In this document: piece by piece, positions 30,700 through 40,982 of the stretch | Numbering within the stretch: position 1 is the stretch's first letter | Layout of the letters: the number at the start of each line of letters is the position of its first letter | Source of the DNA: Candidatus Omnitrophota bacterium | GTDB lineage: Bacteria > Omnitrophota > Gorgyraeia > Gorgyraeales > Gorgyraeaceae | Direction of reading: 5' to 3' | Assembly: GCA_043814965.1 (NCBI GenBank) | Contig: JBDRJN010000003.1 | Location: 136,677-200,676, forward strand | DNA length: 64,000 bases | The notes under the pieces: generated by a model | What the model was told of the DNA's origin: nothing | Database searches by the model: none | What the model saw: the letters and a program-made list of their open reading frames with translations, nothing else | Made by a program: the position numbers and the translations under genes

Positions 30700-31927
30700 T
30701 CTCTTCTCTTCCAGTCAATGACATTATAATGCCGCAATAAAACCAGAACATAAAATATGGAGTCCTCCAGTACAGTGAATCATACGTCATCATAGTTACT
30801 AATATCGCTACCATCCCTCCCAATGCAATAGAAATAACCTCTTTATACTTAGAAGACATTCTTATCATCGGTAAAGCCCTTGAAATAATCAGAAACAAAA
30901 AACCAATAAAAGACAATAATCCTAAAACACCACTTTCACAAAGCATCATAAGAAACATATTTTCCGGAGTTTTCCTGTATTCATTATGCTCCTTGGGCTC
31001 TTTATCATATTTATTGAATACAATCTTATAATTACCCAATCCAACACCCCAAATAATGTTATGTCTAGCAATAGTCCCAGCAATCTCAAATCTAGTAATT
31101 CTATACTTATGATACTCCTTATTAAAAAATCCGTATCTACCTATGCTGATCCTTTGCTTATTGATATCTTTACTTGATGAAAACACTAATAGTAAGCTAA
31201 ATATAAATAAGAGAAAAATCAGGGCTATCTTTTTATTTTTAAATACTAGATATATAAAAGTTGCGGCGGTAAAAGCGCAGATCGCAACTCGCTCTAGAGA
31301 TAAAAAAGCTCCTACGAGAATAAATAACCAACAAAAAATACCTATTAGAATCAATGATTTTTTATTTGCATTGAAAGCTAGAAAACAAGCAAAAGGTGAA
31401 CTCGCAGCTAAGTAAGTCCCAAAAACTTGAGGAACGTATTGGGTAGACATTACCCTACCTTGAGAAAGATAATAGATATAATACTGATTTTTAATAAAAA
31501 TCTCGTATATTAAATTTCTATGGAATATATGCTCCAGTATCCCAATAAAACCAACTATAGCTCCTAATATGCATATAGTTAAAGCTACCTCGTTTTTATT
31601 TTTAAATAAATAAATGTTACTTTTAAAGAAAAAATAGACTACTAATGCTGGGATCGCATAATCGTAGTATTTATTTATGGCTATATCTCTATTCTGCGCA
31701 AAGTTCAATCCTATTGTTAATATAAATATATAACTCCATAAAAATAGATCATTTTTATCAATAAACAGTCTCTTAATATTAATCTTATCTAAAAAAATAA
31801 TGCTTATAAAACCAAAAAAAAGAATTATAACTATATATTTAGGTTGTATCAGGCTAGAAAAAAATGATATCCATATAAAAAATAGTATAAAAATAACAAG
31901 AAATATAGTTTCGGATATCTTTTTCAT
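30683..31927 (-). CDS. O-antigen ligase (Wzy_C) family membrane protein
   Basis: Polytopic, GVGLGNY, LCESGVLG; paralogous to neighbour. Confidence 0.82.
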   Translation of the reverse strand: MKKISETIFLVIFILFFIWISFFSSLIQPKYIVIILFFGFISIIFLDKINIKRLFIDKNDLFLWSYIFILTIGLNFAQNRDIAINKYYDYAIPALVVYFFFKSNIYLFKNKNEVALTICILGAIVGFIGILEHIFHRNLIYEIFIKNQYYIYYLSQGRVMSTQYVPQVFGTYLAASSPFACFLAFNANKKSLILIGIFCWLFILVGAFLSLERVAICAFTAATFIYLVFKNKKIALIFLLFIFSLLLVFSSSKDINKQRISIGRYGFFNKEYHKYRITRFEIAGTIARHNIIWGVGLGNYKIVFNKYDKEPKEHNEYRKTPENMFLMMLCESGVLGLLSFIGFLFLIISRALPMIRMSSKYKEVISIALGGMVAILVTMMTYDSLYWRTPYFMFWFYCGIIMSLTGREENVENI

Positions 31928-31941
31928 ATTAAATTATAAAG

Positions 31942-32115
31942 TTAGAATAATAAAAATCTGGCAGTCACTGCTGCTGATCTTTTCTGTTCTCTAACGCTTT
32001 TTTTATCAACAGTATACTTCAGATTTAGATTTATAAAATCCATGTAATCCTCCATGGATAACCATTTGGAAGGAATATCTTTAGATTTAGTGACAGGCAA
32101 GTTTAATTTTTCCAT
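31942..32115 (-). CDS. Small 57-aa protein, not in supplied ORF track
   Basis: MEKLNLPVTKSKDIPSKWLSMEDYMDFINLNLKYTVDKKSVREQKRSAAVTARFLLF; ATG immediately follows the stop of the upstream nucleotidyltransferase. Confidence 0.65.
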   Translation of the reverse strand: MEKLNLPVTKSKDIPSKWLSMEDYMDFINLNLKYTVDKKSVREQKRSAAVTARFLLF

Positions 32116-32658
32116 CTATGCTTTCTCCAGTATCTTGTTGTAAAGCTCTTCTGTACCATATGTAAGGCATATGTCTTTGAACTCGGTATCTTTGACATCG
32201 ATTTTATTGACATTGATCAATTGAATGATATCCGGCATGTCCCTATATTCTCGAATAGACGGGTTATACTTTATCGCGTGTAGTTTCAGTGCGATCAGAT
32301 GACTTAGGCTTGGTACGATAAACTTTTGTTTTGCGATAGAGATCTTTTTCCCATCTTTAATGATCTTATCCAACGTATCCTTATCTACAAACATAAAATC
32401 TGTATCCATTAGATAGGGCTCATCTCCTAAAAGCCTCGTGAATACTTCATGCTCATAGTCTTTCTTAAATCCTTTTTTTATCAATATATCCGATATTTTC
32501 TCAAAATCCTCTTTAGTGATCAAAAAATCTATATCTGCTGTCTGCCGGCTTACCTTATAGTAATTCACCGCAAAACCACCTATCAAAACACAATTCACTT
32601 TGCTCTTAGAAAATATATCCGAAAAAAGATGGAAAATACTAGGGTATTGTCTGGCCAT
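32116..32658 (-). CDS. Small nucleotidyltransferase (AbiEii/DUF6036-like)
   Basis: LIGGFAV...RQTADIDF, LIALKLHA. Confidence 0.8.
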   Translation of the reverse strand: MARQYPSIFHLFSDIFSKSKVNCVLIGGFAVNYYKVSRQTADIDFLITKEDFEKISDILIKKGFKKDYEHEVFTRLLGDEPYLMDTDFMFVDKDTLDKIIKDGKKISIAKQKFIVPSLSHLIALKLHAIKYNPSIREYRDMPDIIQLINVNKIDVKDTEFKDICLTYGTEELYNKILEKA

Positions 32659-32781
32659 TTCTTATCTATCGATTCTCCTTTATATTATATTGTACCATAA
32701 AATTAAAAATACGGTATAAATGTTTGATAAATTTACTATTGTAATTACCAAAAATAGTGCTATTATTAGACTAATCATACC

Positions 32782-34068
32782 ATGCAAAAATTAAACTCAA
32801 AACCCATATCGCCTATTATACTTTCAATACTTGCTTTCTTTATCTTTATCCGGCCCTTCTTCTCTGGTCTTGTCTATCCCCTTCTAGAGTTATACTATGA
32901 AGTCGCTTTAATTATGCTAGGATTCATAACTCTTTTTATCTATAGGAAATATGAATTCAAGAGTCCTTTTGTGATGCCTATAGCTATTATGCTTTTGTCT
33001 TATCTTATATCGCATATATTTTCAGTAAATTTTGAAAATTCTACAAAAGAGATCATTAGGTTTATTAGCTATATAATGATATTTTCTATGGTGGGGTTGT
33101 CAAATCGGTCTCAAAAAGACACCCTTATAAAGATCATGGTATTTTCAGCCTCTATTGTAAGCATCTATGCAATATACCAATACTTTTGGGGATATGACAT
33201 CCTTCTAAATGGCTTAAACTCTACTCAGAATTTTCTAGTCTCCAATTCTTCATACGCCAAAGATATCCTTATAGGGAAACGAGCTATAAGCACCTTTCCC
33301 TCTCCTAACATATTAGGAGGATATCTAATAATGATGTTCTTTCTGGCTTTATATCTATCAAAAAGATATAAAATAGCTTTAATAGCCGTGATCCTTATAT
33401 CCTTTGCGCTTCTTTTAACAAAATCAATGGGCGCATGGCTCAGCCTTATAGTTGCATTAATTATTTATGTGGTAGTTGGCTATAAAACATTAAGATTTGA
33501 AAAAAGAATCGCTATTATCTCTTCCATCTTCATAGTATTAGCCCTAATATTTATCCTACTAAGTCGTGGGGAAAGATTAATAAACCTTGAAAACCCGCAA
33601 AATTCCATCACCCAACGCATAGCATACTGGAAAACTGCTATCAATATCATAAAGTATCATCCAATATTCGGGGTCGGTCCTGGAAATTTTCAGGAAGTCT
33701 TTTTAAAATATAAAATCGGATCAGATACAGATACTAGATACGCTCATAATCTATTTTTGCAGATTTGGGTCGAGCTTGGGATTCTAGGCTTAATAGGTCT
33801 AATATATCTATTATCTATGATTGTAAAAAATTTAAGGACAAAACTTCAAAATAACCTAATACTATTTGTCAGCATTGTCTTCATGATGCATAATATAATA
33901 GATATAACTTATTTTATCCCTCAGGTATCTTTTTTTTGGTGGGTAATCTTAGGTATACTATTAAGAGTGACTACGGAATCACTGAATAGATCTTTGCCTT
34001 ATGATGGGCCAAGTTCTGAACAAAAGTTACAGACTTCATCTGGCGCAGGGCCTCCGACACGGATATAA
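32782..34068 (+). CDS. O-antigen ligase (Wzy_C) family membrane protein
   Basis: SPNILGGYL, TKSMG, HPIFGVGPGNF, AHNLFLQIWVELG. Confidence 0.88.
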   Translation: MQKLNSKPISPIILSILAFFIFIRPFFSGLVYPLLELYYEVALIMLGFITLFIYRKYEFKSPFVMPIAIMLLSYLISHIFSVNFENSTKEIIRFISYIMIFSMVGLSNRSQKDTLIKIMVFSASIVSIYAIYQYFWGYDILLNGLNSTQNFLVSNSSYAKDILIGKRAISTFPSPNILGGYLIMMFFLALYLSKRYKIALIAVILISFALLLTKSMGAWLSLIVALIIYVVVGYKTLRFEKRIAIISSIFIVLALIFILLSRGERLINLENPQNSITQRIAYWKTAINIIKYHPIFGVGPGNFQEVFLKYKIGSDTDTRYAHNLFLQIWVELGILGLIGLIYLLSMIVKNLRTKLQNNLILFVSIVFMMHNIIDITYFIPQVSFFWWVILGILLRVTTESLNRSLPYDGPSSEQKLQTSSGAGPPTRI

Positions 34069-34223
34069 CATGAAAAATGTAAAAAATTAGGTCCATATTT
34101 AGCATACTCTCTCGGCACCGTATCGTCATCGGTACTGCAAAAAGCAAGCACTGCTTCTTGCTTATCACCTCTTATTAAAACAATAAGCTCCGGCCTATCC
34201 CATTTAAGTTTCTTTTTTGCCAC
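33999..34223 (-). CDS. Cys4 RiPP precursor peptide candidate B
   Basis: 74 aa, GTG start after GGAGG, WDRPEL leader, four Cys, ends CNFCSELGPS; homologous to 27051..27254. Confidence 0.8.
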   Translation of the reverse strand: MAKKKLKWDRPELIVLIRGDKQEAVLAFCSTDDDTVPREYAKYGPNFLHFSCYIRVGGPAPDEVCNFCSELGPS

Positions 34224-34280
34224 CTCAAACCTCCCCAGGAATGATTGTATTACTTATATCCAATAAGATAAGTATATACC

Positions 34281-35576
34281 TTATAAGATTTTTGTCAATA
34301 CTTTCGAGTCTATAGTTTCTTGACGTTTAACCAATAAACTATAGATCTTCTCTATTTCCACTGCATCCTCTTTGATATCTTTTACAGTAGTTACTGCGGG
34401 ATTATGCTCGTTTAGCTTATCCGAATTATCAATAAAGAACTTTATCTTGTTATAAAGCTCTTCTACATTGCCTCGTTCAAATAAAAAAAAGCTATCTTTT
34501 ATAAGTTCAGACACTCCCCCTACTTTACTAGCTAAGATAGGTGTATTTGATAATATCGCTTCATGCAATATCAAAGGTGAGTTTTCTTCCCACATGGATG
34601 GAAATATTAAAACATCTATATCTTTAAATACTTTCGCTATATCCTTATTGTCAAAGCTTCCCATAAAATAAATATTTTTATTACCTCTTACAATTCTCTT
34701 TATTTTTTTATAATAACTAAATATTCCATTGTTCACAGGAGGTTTTCCATAAATTTTAAGCATTACATTACTCTCTTCTATCTTATTAAAAGCCTTTATT
34801 GCTACATGAACTCCTTTGGTAGGTATAAGAGTACCTATAAAGCCAAATCTTACTTTATCTGATAAAGTTTTTTTAATATCCTTGAATAAATCAGCGTTCA
34901 TTCCATAATCCGAATATCTGATTTTCCCCTGCGGCATACCCAACTCTATAAATCTATTCCTTAAAAACTTTGAAGGCGCTATAAATAAATCGACCTTATC
35001 GAAAACTTCACTAAGTTCAACATTATATCTTTTGGAAATTTTTCTAGGGATACTAAACGTGAATATTTTTCTGCTAATGTTACTCGGACTCATACCAGAT
35101 ATTAAGCAATATAAACAATTAGAATTAACTGGATCACTGCATAGTCTCGAATTAGGCTTTAATAATTGACCCCTAGGACACATAAGCCAATAATCGTGCA
35201 GAGTAAAAACTATAGGTATATTGCGTTCTTTGATTATATCTATAATGCCTAGCGATAAGAACAATAGATGGTGTATATGAACTATATCTGGCTTAACCTC
35301 ATCTAGGACTTTAATAAAAATATCTTCAATGTTTTTATTTTTATATATATTTTCAAGCGTAGTATATCTATTAAGGATATTGTTTACTTTATAGACGCTT
35401 AACCCGTCGTAATTCCCTTTGACCAATTCATAGTTTTTTCTTGATCTATCGTTAATCCTATAAAAAATACTTATGTCATGAGATTTTGACAGTTCTTTTG
35501 AGAGGTTATACGCATATATTTCAGAACCAGACATGCTCTCAGGAGGAAAACAATGGATTATGTTAAGCATTTTCAT
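34281..35576 (-). CDS. Glycosyltransferase family 4
   Basis: TLHDYWLMCPR, GFIG...KG, ENSPLILHEA. Confidence 0.9.
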   Translation of the reverse strand: MKMLNIIHCFPPESMSGSEIYAYNLSKELSKSHDISIFYRINDRSRKNYELVKGNYDGLSVYKVNNILNRYTTLENIYKNKNIEDIFIKVLDEVKPDIVHIHHLLFLSLGIIDIIKERNIPIVFTLHDYWLMCPRGQLLKPNSRLCSDPVNSNCLYCLISGMSPSNISRKIFTFSIPRKISKRYNVELSEVFDKVDLFIAPSKFLRNRFIELGMPQGKIRYSDYGMNADLFKDIKKTLSDKVRFGFIGTLIPTKGVHVAIKAFNKIEESNVMLKIYGKPPVNNGIFSYYKKIKRIVRGNKNIYFMGSFDNKDIAKVFKDIDVLIFPSMWEENSPLILHEAILSNTPILASKVGGVSELIKDSFFLFERGNVEELYNKIKFFIDNSDKLNEHNPAVTTVKDIKEDAVEIEKIYSLLVKRQETIDSKVLTKIL

Positions 35577-35582
35577 AAAAAG

Positions 35583-37160
35583 TTAGATATTGGTTAGAAA
35601 GCCGTCTTTTGCACAATTATAGCAATGTTCAAAACGCCCCTCTTCCACAAAAGTCTCTCTCATTTTTTGATAAACCTCTCCATTCCAGATGCTTTCAAAA
35701 CTAGCTATCTCTATATTTCCTGCTATTGGTGGTTCAGGTGCGCAGCAAGGTAATATCGTTCCTTTATTATTTATAAAGACTTGATCCCATAAGAATGGAC
35801 ATTGTTTTAATTTTTTGCTACATGAAAGACTCTCCGCATCTATCTTAGGCTGGACGTCATCTTTAAATTGTCCAATATTTATATGATTGGGATATAGATA
35901 CTTATGATAAAAAGGTGCTGAGTGAAAAGTAATATCTAGTTCTTTAGCCAGTTTTATTGCCTTTTTTAAATATAGAACAACCTCTTCCGTGTTATCATCT
36001 AATGACTCTTCTTTCATGCCATCAAAATGCATAACTATTCTAGGGGCAACTAAAACATCAACTCCAATTTTTTTGGCAAACTCAACCATTTGAGGTAATT
36101 CTTTAAAATTCCTTTTCATTAATACCATGACTAAAACAAAATAAGGCCTATTGTTTTCTGGTAACTGGTATTTGTATTTTTGAAATAGGCCAATATTTTC
36201 TATAACCTCTGAGTAATTTGCTCCTATTCTAATACTTTCATAAGTCTCTTTGATTGGCGAATCAAAAGATAATGTAAATTTTTTAGTACACTGCGTTAAT
36301 CTCTTAAGGCGACCCTTTTTCGCATTTAGCAATGTACCATTAGTTATAAGATCAAGTCTAACCTTGTATCTATCAGCTAATTCCAACTCTAAGTCAAATG
36401 TTCGTGACATTAATGGTTCACCCGCTGTGTTTAATCTCAAAACTTGCGCCGTTGGAAAAACCTCCTCTGCGAATTTAATCAGGCTCCTCTCGTTAATTCC
36501 TTTCGACATAAGCATATTTAAATCACTGTCATTTACTGTCCTCTGTATACACATACGACACCTTAGATTGCATAAATAATCTGTTGCCAAAGATGGCACT
36601 ATAGGAAACGATCGCAATATAGACCTTTTCTCAGCTATATCTTGTTGCAAGAGTATGTGGTTTTGATGTTTTAATCTTTTAAGAAGGGCTTCCGACATGC
36701 TACTCTTTTCAAAAAAACAACACCACCATGATCCATCTTTTTTATAAAAACTATCCAATCTTATATCGTGAAGCCGTATGCCTAAATCTCTAATGTCAGA
36801 GTTGTTCAACATTATCCTTGGAGACCATAATTCTGAAACTTCCAGCCTAACATTTGACGTTCCTTCTGGAACATTTATAGTACTTATGTTTTCTGAAAGC
36901 TGATAAATACTGTTAAATTGTTTTGTTTCATCAAAGAGAGATAATTCTATTTTCTTTCCTTTCACTGGACAACCGGAAAGATCGATACTTACTCCCTTAT
37001 GATTTTCTGGAAATTTTAAAAAAGCTACTTTTTTAGACCATACCCAAATAGAAGCAACATCTGATTCAATGTCGTACCAGCCTTCGCCTAACATATCTTT
37101 TAAATAACCAGGCTCGAATAAACCTTTATCGCCATTTTTATTTTTCATTTGGATCTCCAT
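35583..37160 (-). CDS. Radical SAM protein with C-terminal SPASM/twitch domain and N-terminal extension
   Basis: CNLRCRMC, GEPL, CPFLW...PCC...CYNC. Confidence 0.85.
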   Translation of the reverse strand: MEIQMKNKNGDKGLFEPGYLKDMLGEGWYDIESDVASIWVWSKKVAFLKFPENHKGVSIDLSGCPVKGKKIELSLFDETKQFNSIYQLSENISTINVPEGTSNVRLEVSELWSPRIMLNNSDIRDLGIRLHDIRLDSFYKKDGSWWCCFFEKSSMSEALLKRLKHQNHILLQQDIAEKRSILRSFPIVPSLATDYLCNLRCRMCIQRTVNDSDLNMLMSKGINERSLIKFAEEVFPTAQVLRLNTAGEPLMSRTFDLELELADRYKVRLDLITNGTLLNAKKGRLKRLTQCTKKFTLSFDSPIKETYESIRIGANYSEVIENIGLFQKYKYQLPENNRPYFVLVMVLMKRNFKELPQMVEFAKKIGVDVLVAPRIVMHFDGMKEESLDDNTEEVVLYLKKAIKLAKELDITFHSAPFYHKYLYPNHINIGQFKDDVQPKIDAESLSCSKKLKQCPFLWDQVFINNKGTILPCCAPEPPIAGNIEIASFESIWNGEVYQKMRETFVEEGRFEHCYNCAKDGFLTNI

Positions 37161-38638
37161 TTAAATATAAATTTCAAAATAGATAAAAAAGGCCAGATAA
37201 TAGGTCTTATAAAAAATCTATAACTTTCTGAATGATATACACACTCTAACTCTTTGGTTAATAAATCAATTTTCTGATCCTTTAAATTTATATCTTTCTC
37301 TAAATCTGAAGCCTTTAACTGCCATTGAGACTTTGAATTTAAATCATTTTCTTTTTGATTCTCATGTGAATTATTAATATTATTCGTTAATTTTTTAAAA
37401 GGGATTTCTCTTAAGAGGTTATTTTTAATTTCGAGAGAGTCTAATTTTCTATTCAAAACCTTGCTCAGGCAATCCTTATCCTTTTTTTTTGCTCTTAATA
37501 TTTCATGATAAGTTGCTACTGCTTTTGTAAAATTTAAATGCTTTTCAGAGTACTCGATAAAAGCATTTTTCTTTTTGTCGTAATATTCTTTTATAAAGTA
37601 CTTTTTTAGAATTTTAGTTAGTTCATCTTTCATATTAACAAGAGGCACTTTATCAACAAAGCCCGGTAATTCGCTGTACCAACCCGTTTTACTCACAATG
37701 ACAGGTATTGCCCGTTGAATAGCTCGCATTACTACCCCAGAGGTCTCTCCCATAGTTGGATTTCTTAAGGACACAACAACATCTGACTGCGCTAAAAGTT
37801 CCTCAAATTTTTCTAAATCTACTCTGCCAAAAATATAAACTTTCTTAGAAATACCTAGCCTATTGACTAGTTTATAAATATCTACGCAATCGCAACCCAC
37901 TTGCCCCGCTATATACAGCTCAAGTTCAAAGCCTTCTTTTAATAACTGAGCGCAGGACATAATAATCATATCTACATGTCTATTTTTCTCTACTCCGCCA
38001 AAAACGCCTATCCTAAATGTCTTTTTTTTATTATCATGTAAGGTTTTTATTATGTTTTGGTTGTAAAATAAATGGTCTATACGATGAGTTTCTATATAAG
38101 GAAAAACATTTCTAATTCTCTTTTTAACATACTCTGAATGCACAATACATGAATCAGCGTGTTGAAGCACTTCTTCAAACATTGGAATGTGCGTTACAAT
38201 ATCTTCATATAAAAAAGTATTATCTAATTTTATCAATTTTTGAAATAACAATGAGATTGTTTTACCATACCACTTATCAACGGAAGAACTTAACTCAAGC
38301 AAGTTAGACTTTTTATGTGCTATCATCATATGAAGAAGTACCATGTCATGAAGATGCACTACTCCTCCATGTTTTTTAAGTAAGTCGATTATGTATCCAT
38401 GATATTCAATATTATTTCCTATATGATAAACTATAAGATCATAATCGTCTCTACTATTGATTGCTGTCTCGTTGATATTAAAAACATTTACTCTATCTAG
38501 TTTCTTAGGGGTTTGACAATTAGAATACACTTCTATCTGGATATCAAATTTCGACAAACCTTTTATCAAATCATATACATAATCAGATATACCGCTTTTC
38601 TGTGGCGGCCATGGGGTAACAAAAGCTATTTTTTTCAT
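37145..38638 (-). CDS. Glycosyltransferase family 4 with coiled-coil tail
   Basis: TPWPPQKSGISDY, YHIGNN, LRNPTMGETSG. Confidence 0.85.
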   Translation of the reverse strand: MKKIAFVTPWPPQKSGISDYVYDLIKGLSKFDIQIEVYSNCQTPKKLDRVNVFNINETAINSRDDYDLIVYHIGNNIEYHGYIIDLLKKHGGVVHLHDMVLLHMMIAHKKSNLLELSSSVDKWYGKTISLLFQKLIKLDNTFLYEDIVTHIPMFEEVLQHADSCIVHSEYVKKRIRNVFPYIETHRIDHLFYNQNIIKTLHDNKKKTFRIGVFGGVEKNRHVDMIIMSCAQLLKEGFELELYIAGQVGCDCVDIYKLVNRLGISKKVYIFGRVDLEKFEELLAQSDVVVSLRNPTMGETSGVVMRAIQRAIPVIVSKTGWYSELPGFVDKVPLVNMKDELTKILKKYFIKEYYDKKKNAFIEYSEKHLNFTKAVATYHEILRAKKKDKDCLSKVLNRKLDSLEIKNNLLREIPFKKLTNNINNSHENQKENDLNSKSQWQLKASDLEKDINLKDQKIDLLTKELECVYHSESYRFFIRPIIWPFLSILKFIFKWRSK

Positions 38639-39687
38639 AAATTATCTAAGACCAACCTTTTTATTATATTATCCCAAGTAATATTTTTAGCTAACTCATA
38701 TCCCCGCATACTGATATTTTCTAATTCTTTATCGTTCATATCGTAGACCTTATTAATATTTTTTGCAATCTCTTCAGGATCACTATTAGACAAAAAGCCT
38801 GCGCCTGTTTCTTCAATGAATGTCCTTATCTCTCCGCTATCAATACAGCTTATGACAGGTTTTTTTGCTAAAAACGCCTCTATTGTAATAAACCCGTAAT
38901 CCTCGTCTAATGGCGCATAGAATACCGCCCTTGCTTTTGAAAGGCGGGATATAAGCTCTTCGTCTTTCAAAAATCCAAGAATTTCACATCTATCAAAAAG
39001 ATCATAATCATTGATCAGGCCTTGTAAGCTCTTCGAGTAATCTTCAGGACCTGCCCCGATAATAGAAATTTTTGCTTTTTTTACATATTTAATGGCTTTT
39101 ATCAATAAATCTGGTCTTTTAAGTTCGTTTAATCTGCCTATATAAAGAATTCTATCGTCATATGGTCCTGGCAAAATCCTGTCAGCAAGCCTGGGCGGCG
39201 GAAATAAAGGCGTACTATCGATCTCGCAAAACCTGCTTAATCTATTGGTGACATTTCTTGATATAGTAAATCTAGGACTGCACTCATATATAAATTTCTT
39301 ATCAAGGGCCCTGATTTCGTTCCTCAATATATAAGCATCTTTTGAAGATCTCATGAAATCAAATTCTGTGTTTTCTAAATCATAAAAGATCCTATGCTGA
39401 TGAAACAACCACAATACTTTTTTACTATGTTCCACAGCATATGTAGGGAATTTTGTTCCAATTATAAGGTCTATTGCTTTACCATCAGATCCTGACAAAT
39501 CCAATAATCTCCACGAAATAACATTATTTAAAATTTCTTCTTCTGGATACCATTTAAAAGGAACCTGCACTAATTCTGCCTGAATACCCTCTAACTGATT
39601 TATCTCGTTAACAAGGCTTTGATTTAAAAATTCAGCACCACCTTGAACAAATGGCACTTGTGCCCCTAAAACAATTACTTTTTTCAT
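38635..39687 (-). CDS. Glycosyltransferase family 4
   Basis: PFVQGGAE, GRL..KR, EDYGFITIEA. Confidence 0.88.
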   Translation of the reverse strand: MKKVIVLGAQVPFVQGGAEFLNQSLVNEINQLEGIQAELVQVPFKWYPEEEILNNVISWRLLDLSGSDGKAIDLIIGTKFPTYAVEHSKKVLWLFHQHRIFYDLENTEFDFMRSSKDAYILRNEIRALDKKFIYECSPRFTISRNVTNRLSRFCEIDSTPLFPPPRLADRILPGPYDDRILYIGRLNELKRPDLLIKAIKYVKKAKISIIGAGPEDYSKSLQGLINDYDLFDRCEILGFLKDEELISRLSKARAVFYAPLDEDYGFITIEAFLAKKPVISCIDSGEIRTFIEETGAGFLSNSDPEEIAKNINKVYDMNDKELENISMRGYELAKNITWDNIIKRLVLDNL

Positions 39688-39700
39688 TTTTTAACCTAAT

Positions 39701-40978
39701 TCAGTTTTTGCTGTTACAAATCTTAGTATAAACATCTATGACTTTTTCGCCTACCTTATCCATGTTATACTCCTGACAAAGCCTGTCCCAACCTCTTCTG
39801 CCTAGCTCTTCTGATAGATTTTTATTATATAATATCCTACTGATTTTATCTTTTAAATCTGCAGTATCTCCAAGCTTTGATATAAGGCCTGCTTCTTTTA
39901 TTATCTCAGAAATAGCCCCTCCATCAGAACCAACAACGGGTTTTTTACATCTCCATGCTTCCAAAAAAACTATACCAAAAGACTCAAATCTAGATGGTAA
40001 TGCTAATAAATCTGACATTTTTATCAAAAACTCTTTCTTTTTGCTGTCAATAACTCCAAAATTGATAACTTTCAGTTTTTTTATACACTTGCCTTCAAAT
40101 ATCCCATATTTATTAATAAACTCATCAGTATCTGGACCGACCAAAAAAAGATTTAAATATATGTTTTTTTCTCTGGCTATCTCACTTAAAGCATTAATGA
40201 GTAAATCTATTCCCTTGTATGGCTCTTTTCTGCCTATAAAAATTATATTCCTATCGTTTTCTCTAATGCCATATTTGCTGGTCACGGTATTTCTAAAAAC
40301 ATCAAAATCATCGTATCCACAGCCCCTACTGTCTTCAGTTATAGAACATCCTGTCACATAAATCTTGAATGGATCAATCCCTTTATCAATAAGATACTTC
40401 TTTTCATAACTAGTCAATGCTATAACAGCGTCACATTTCTTTAAGATGTTTAAGATAATATTTTTTTCATATAAAGAATGTCCTGTATGAAAATAAGGTG
40501 TACTAACAATTTTTTTATGGAGCATTTTAGCAGCAAAAAACCCCGCTATGTTATGAAAATAAGGCATTGTATGCAAATGCACCACGTCTATATCTTTCAT
40601 TTCCTTAAAAAAATTTAAATACATCCATAAAGAATGAGGGCTATGCTTAAATATTTTTCCCAAATCTATCTTTTCGAACCCTAATTTATTTAATAATATT
40701 CTTGCAATTACTGCATCCGGCCTATAAGAATGCAGCTTCCATAACTTATATCTCTTTATGGTGATTTTACTGTTTTCGGATATTTCATAACGTTTCAACA
40801 TTATATTGTTTCTTCTGTTATAATGCGGTTTATAAAATTCCTCCAGATCACACATATCAAGTGTTAAAACTTTACTACTAATATCATGTTTGGATAAAAA
40901 ATCGCATATATTTTTACACCAAACCTCTGATCCGCCAATGGCAGGAGAATAGCGCTGAATCACATGCAATATCTTCAT
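39701..40978 (-). CDS. Glycosyltransferase family 4
   Basis: GGSE, GRKEPYKG, ESFGIVFLEAW. Confidence 0.9.
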   Translation of the reverse strand: MKILHVIQRYSPAIGGSEVWCKNICDFLSKHDISSKVLTLDMCDLEEFYKPHYNRRNNIMLKRYEISENSKITIKRYKLWKLHSYRPDAVIARILLNKLGFEKIDLGKIFKHSPHSLWMYLNFFKEMKDIDVVHLHTMPYFHNIAGFFAAKMLHKKIVSTPYFHTGHSLYEKNIILNILKKCDAVIALTSYEKKYLIDKGIDPFKIYVTGCSITEDSRGCGYDDFDVFRNTVTSKYGIRENDRNIIFIGRKEPYKGIDLLINALSEIAREKNIYLNLFLVGPDTDEFINKYGIFEGKCIKKLKVINFGVIDSKKKEFLIKMSDLLALPSRFESFGIVFLEAWRCKKPVVGSDGGAISEIIKEAGLISKLGDTADLKDKISRILYNKNLSEELGRRGWDRLCQEYNMDKVGEKVIDVYTKICNSKN

Positions 40979-40982
40979 AAAT

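Noticed and set aside
33971-34168. 65-aa alternative-frame ORF
   Set aside because: Overlaps precursor B in another frame and lacks its RBS and its homology to precursor A.
27051-34223. Lasso peptide precursors
   Set aside because: The leader motif is lasso-like, but no lasso cyclase or transglutaminase-like B2 protease lies in the cassette, the Thr(-2) and ring acid residue are not shared by both peptides, and the asnB-like gene is ~30 kb away beside a GT.
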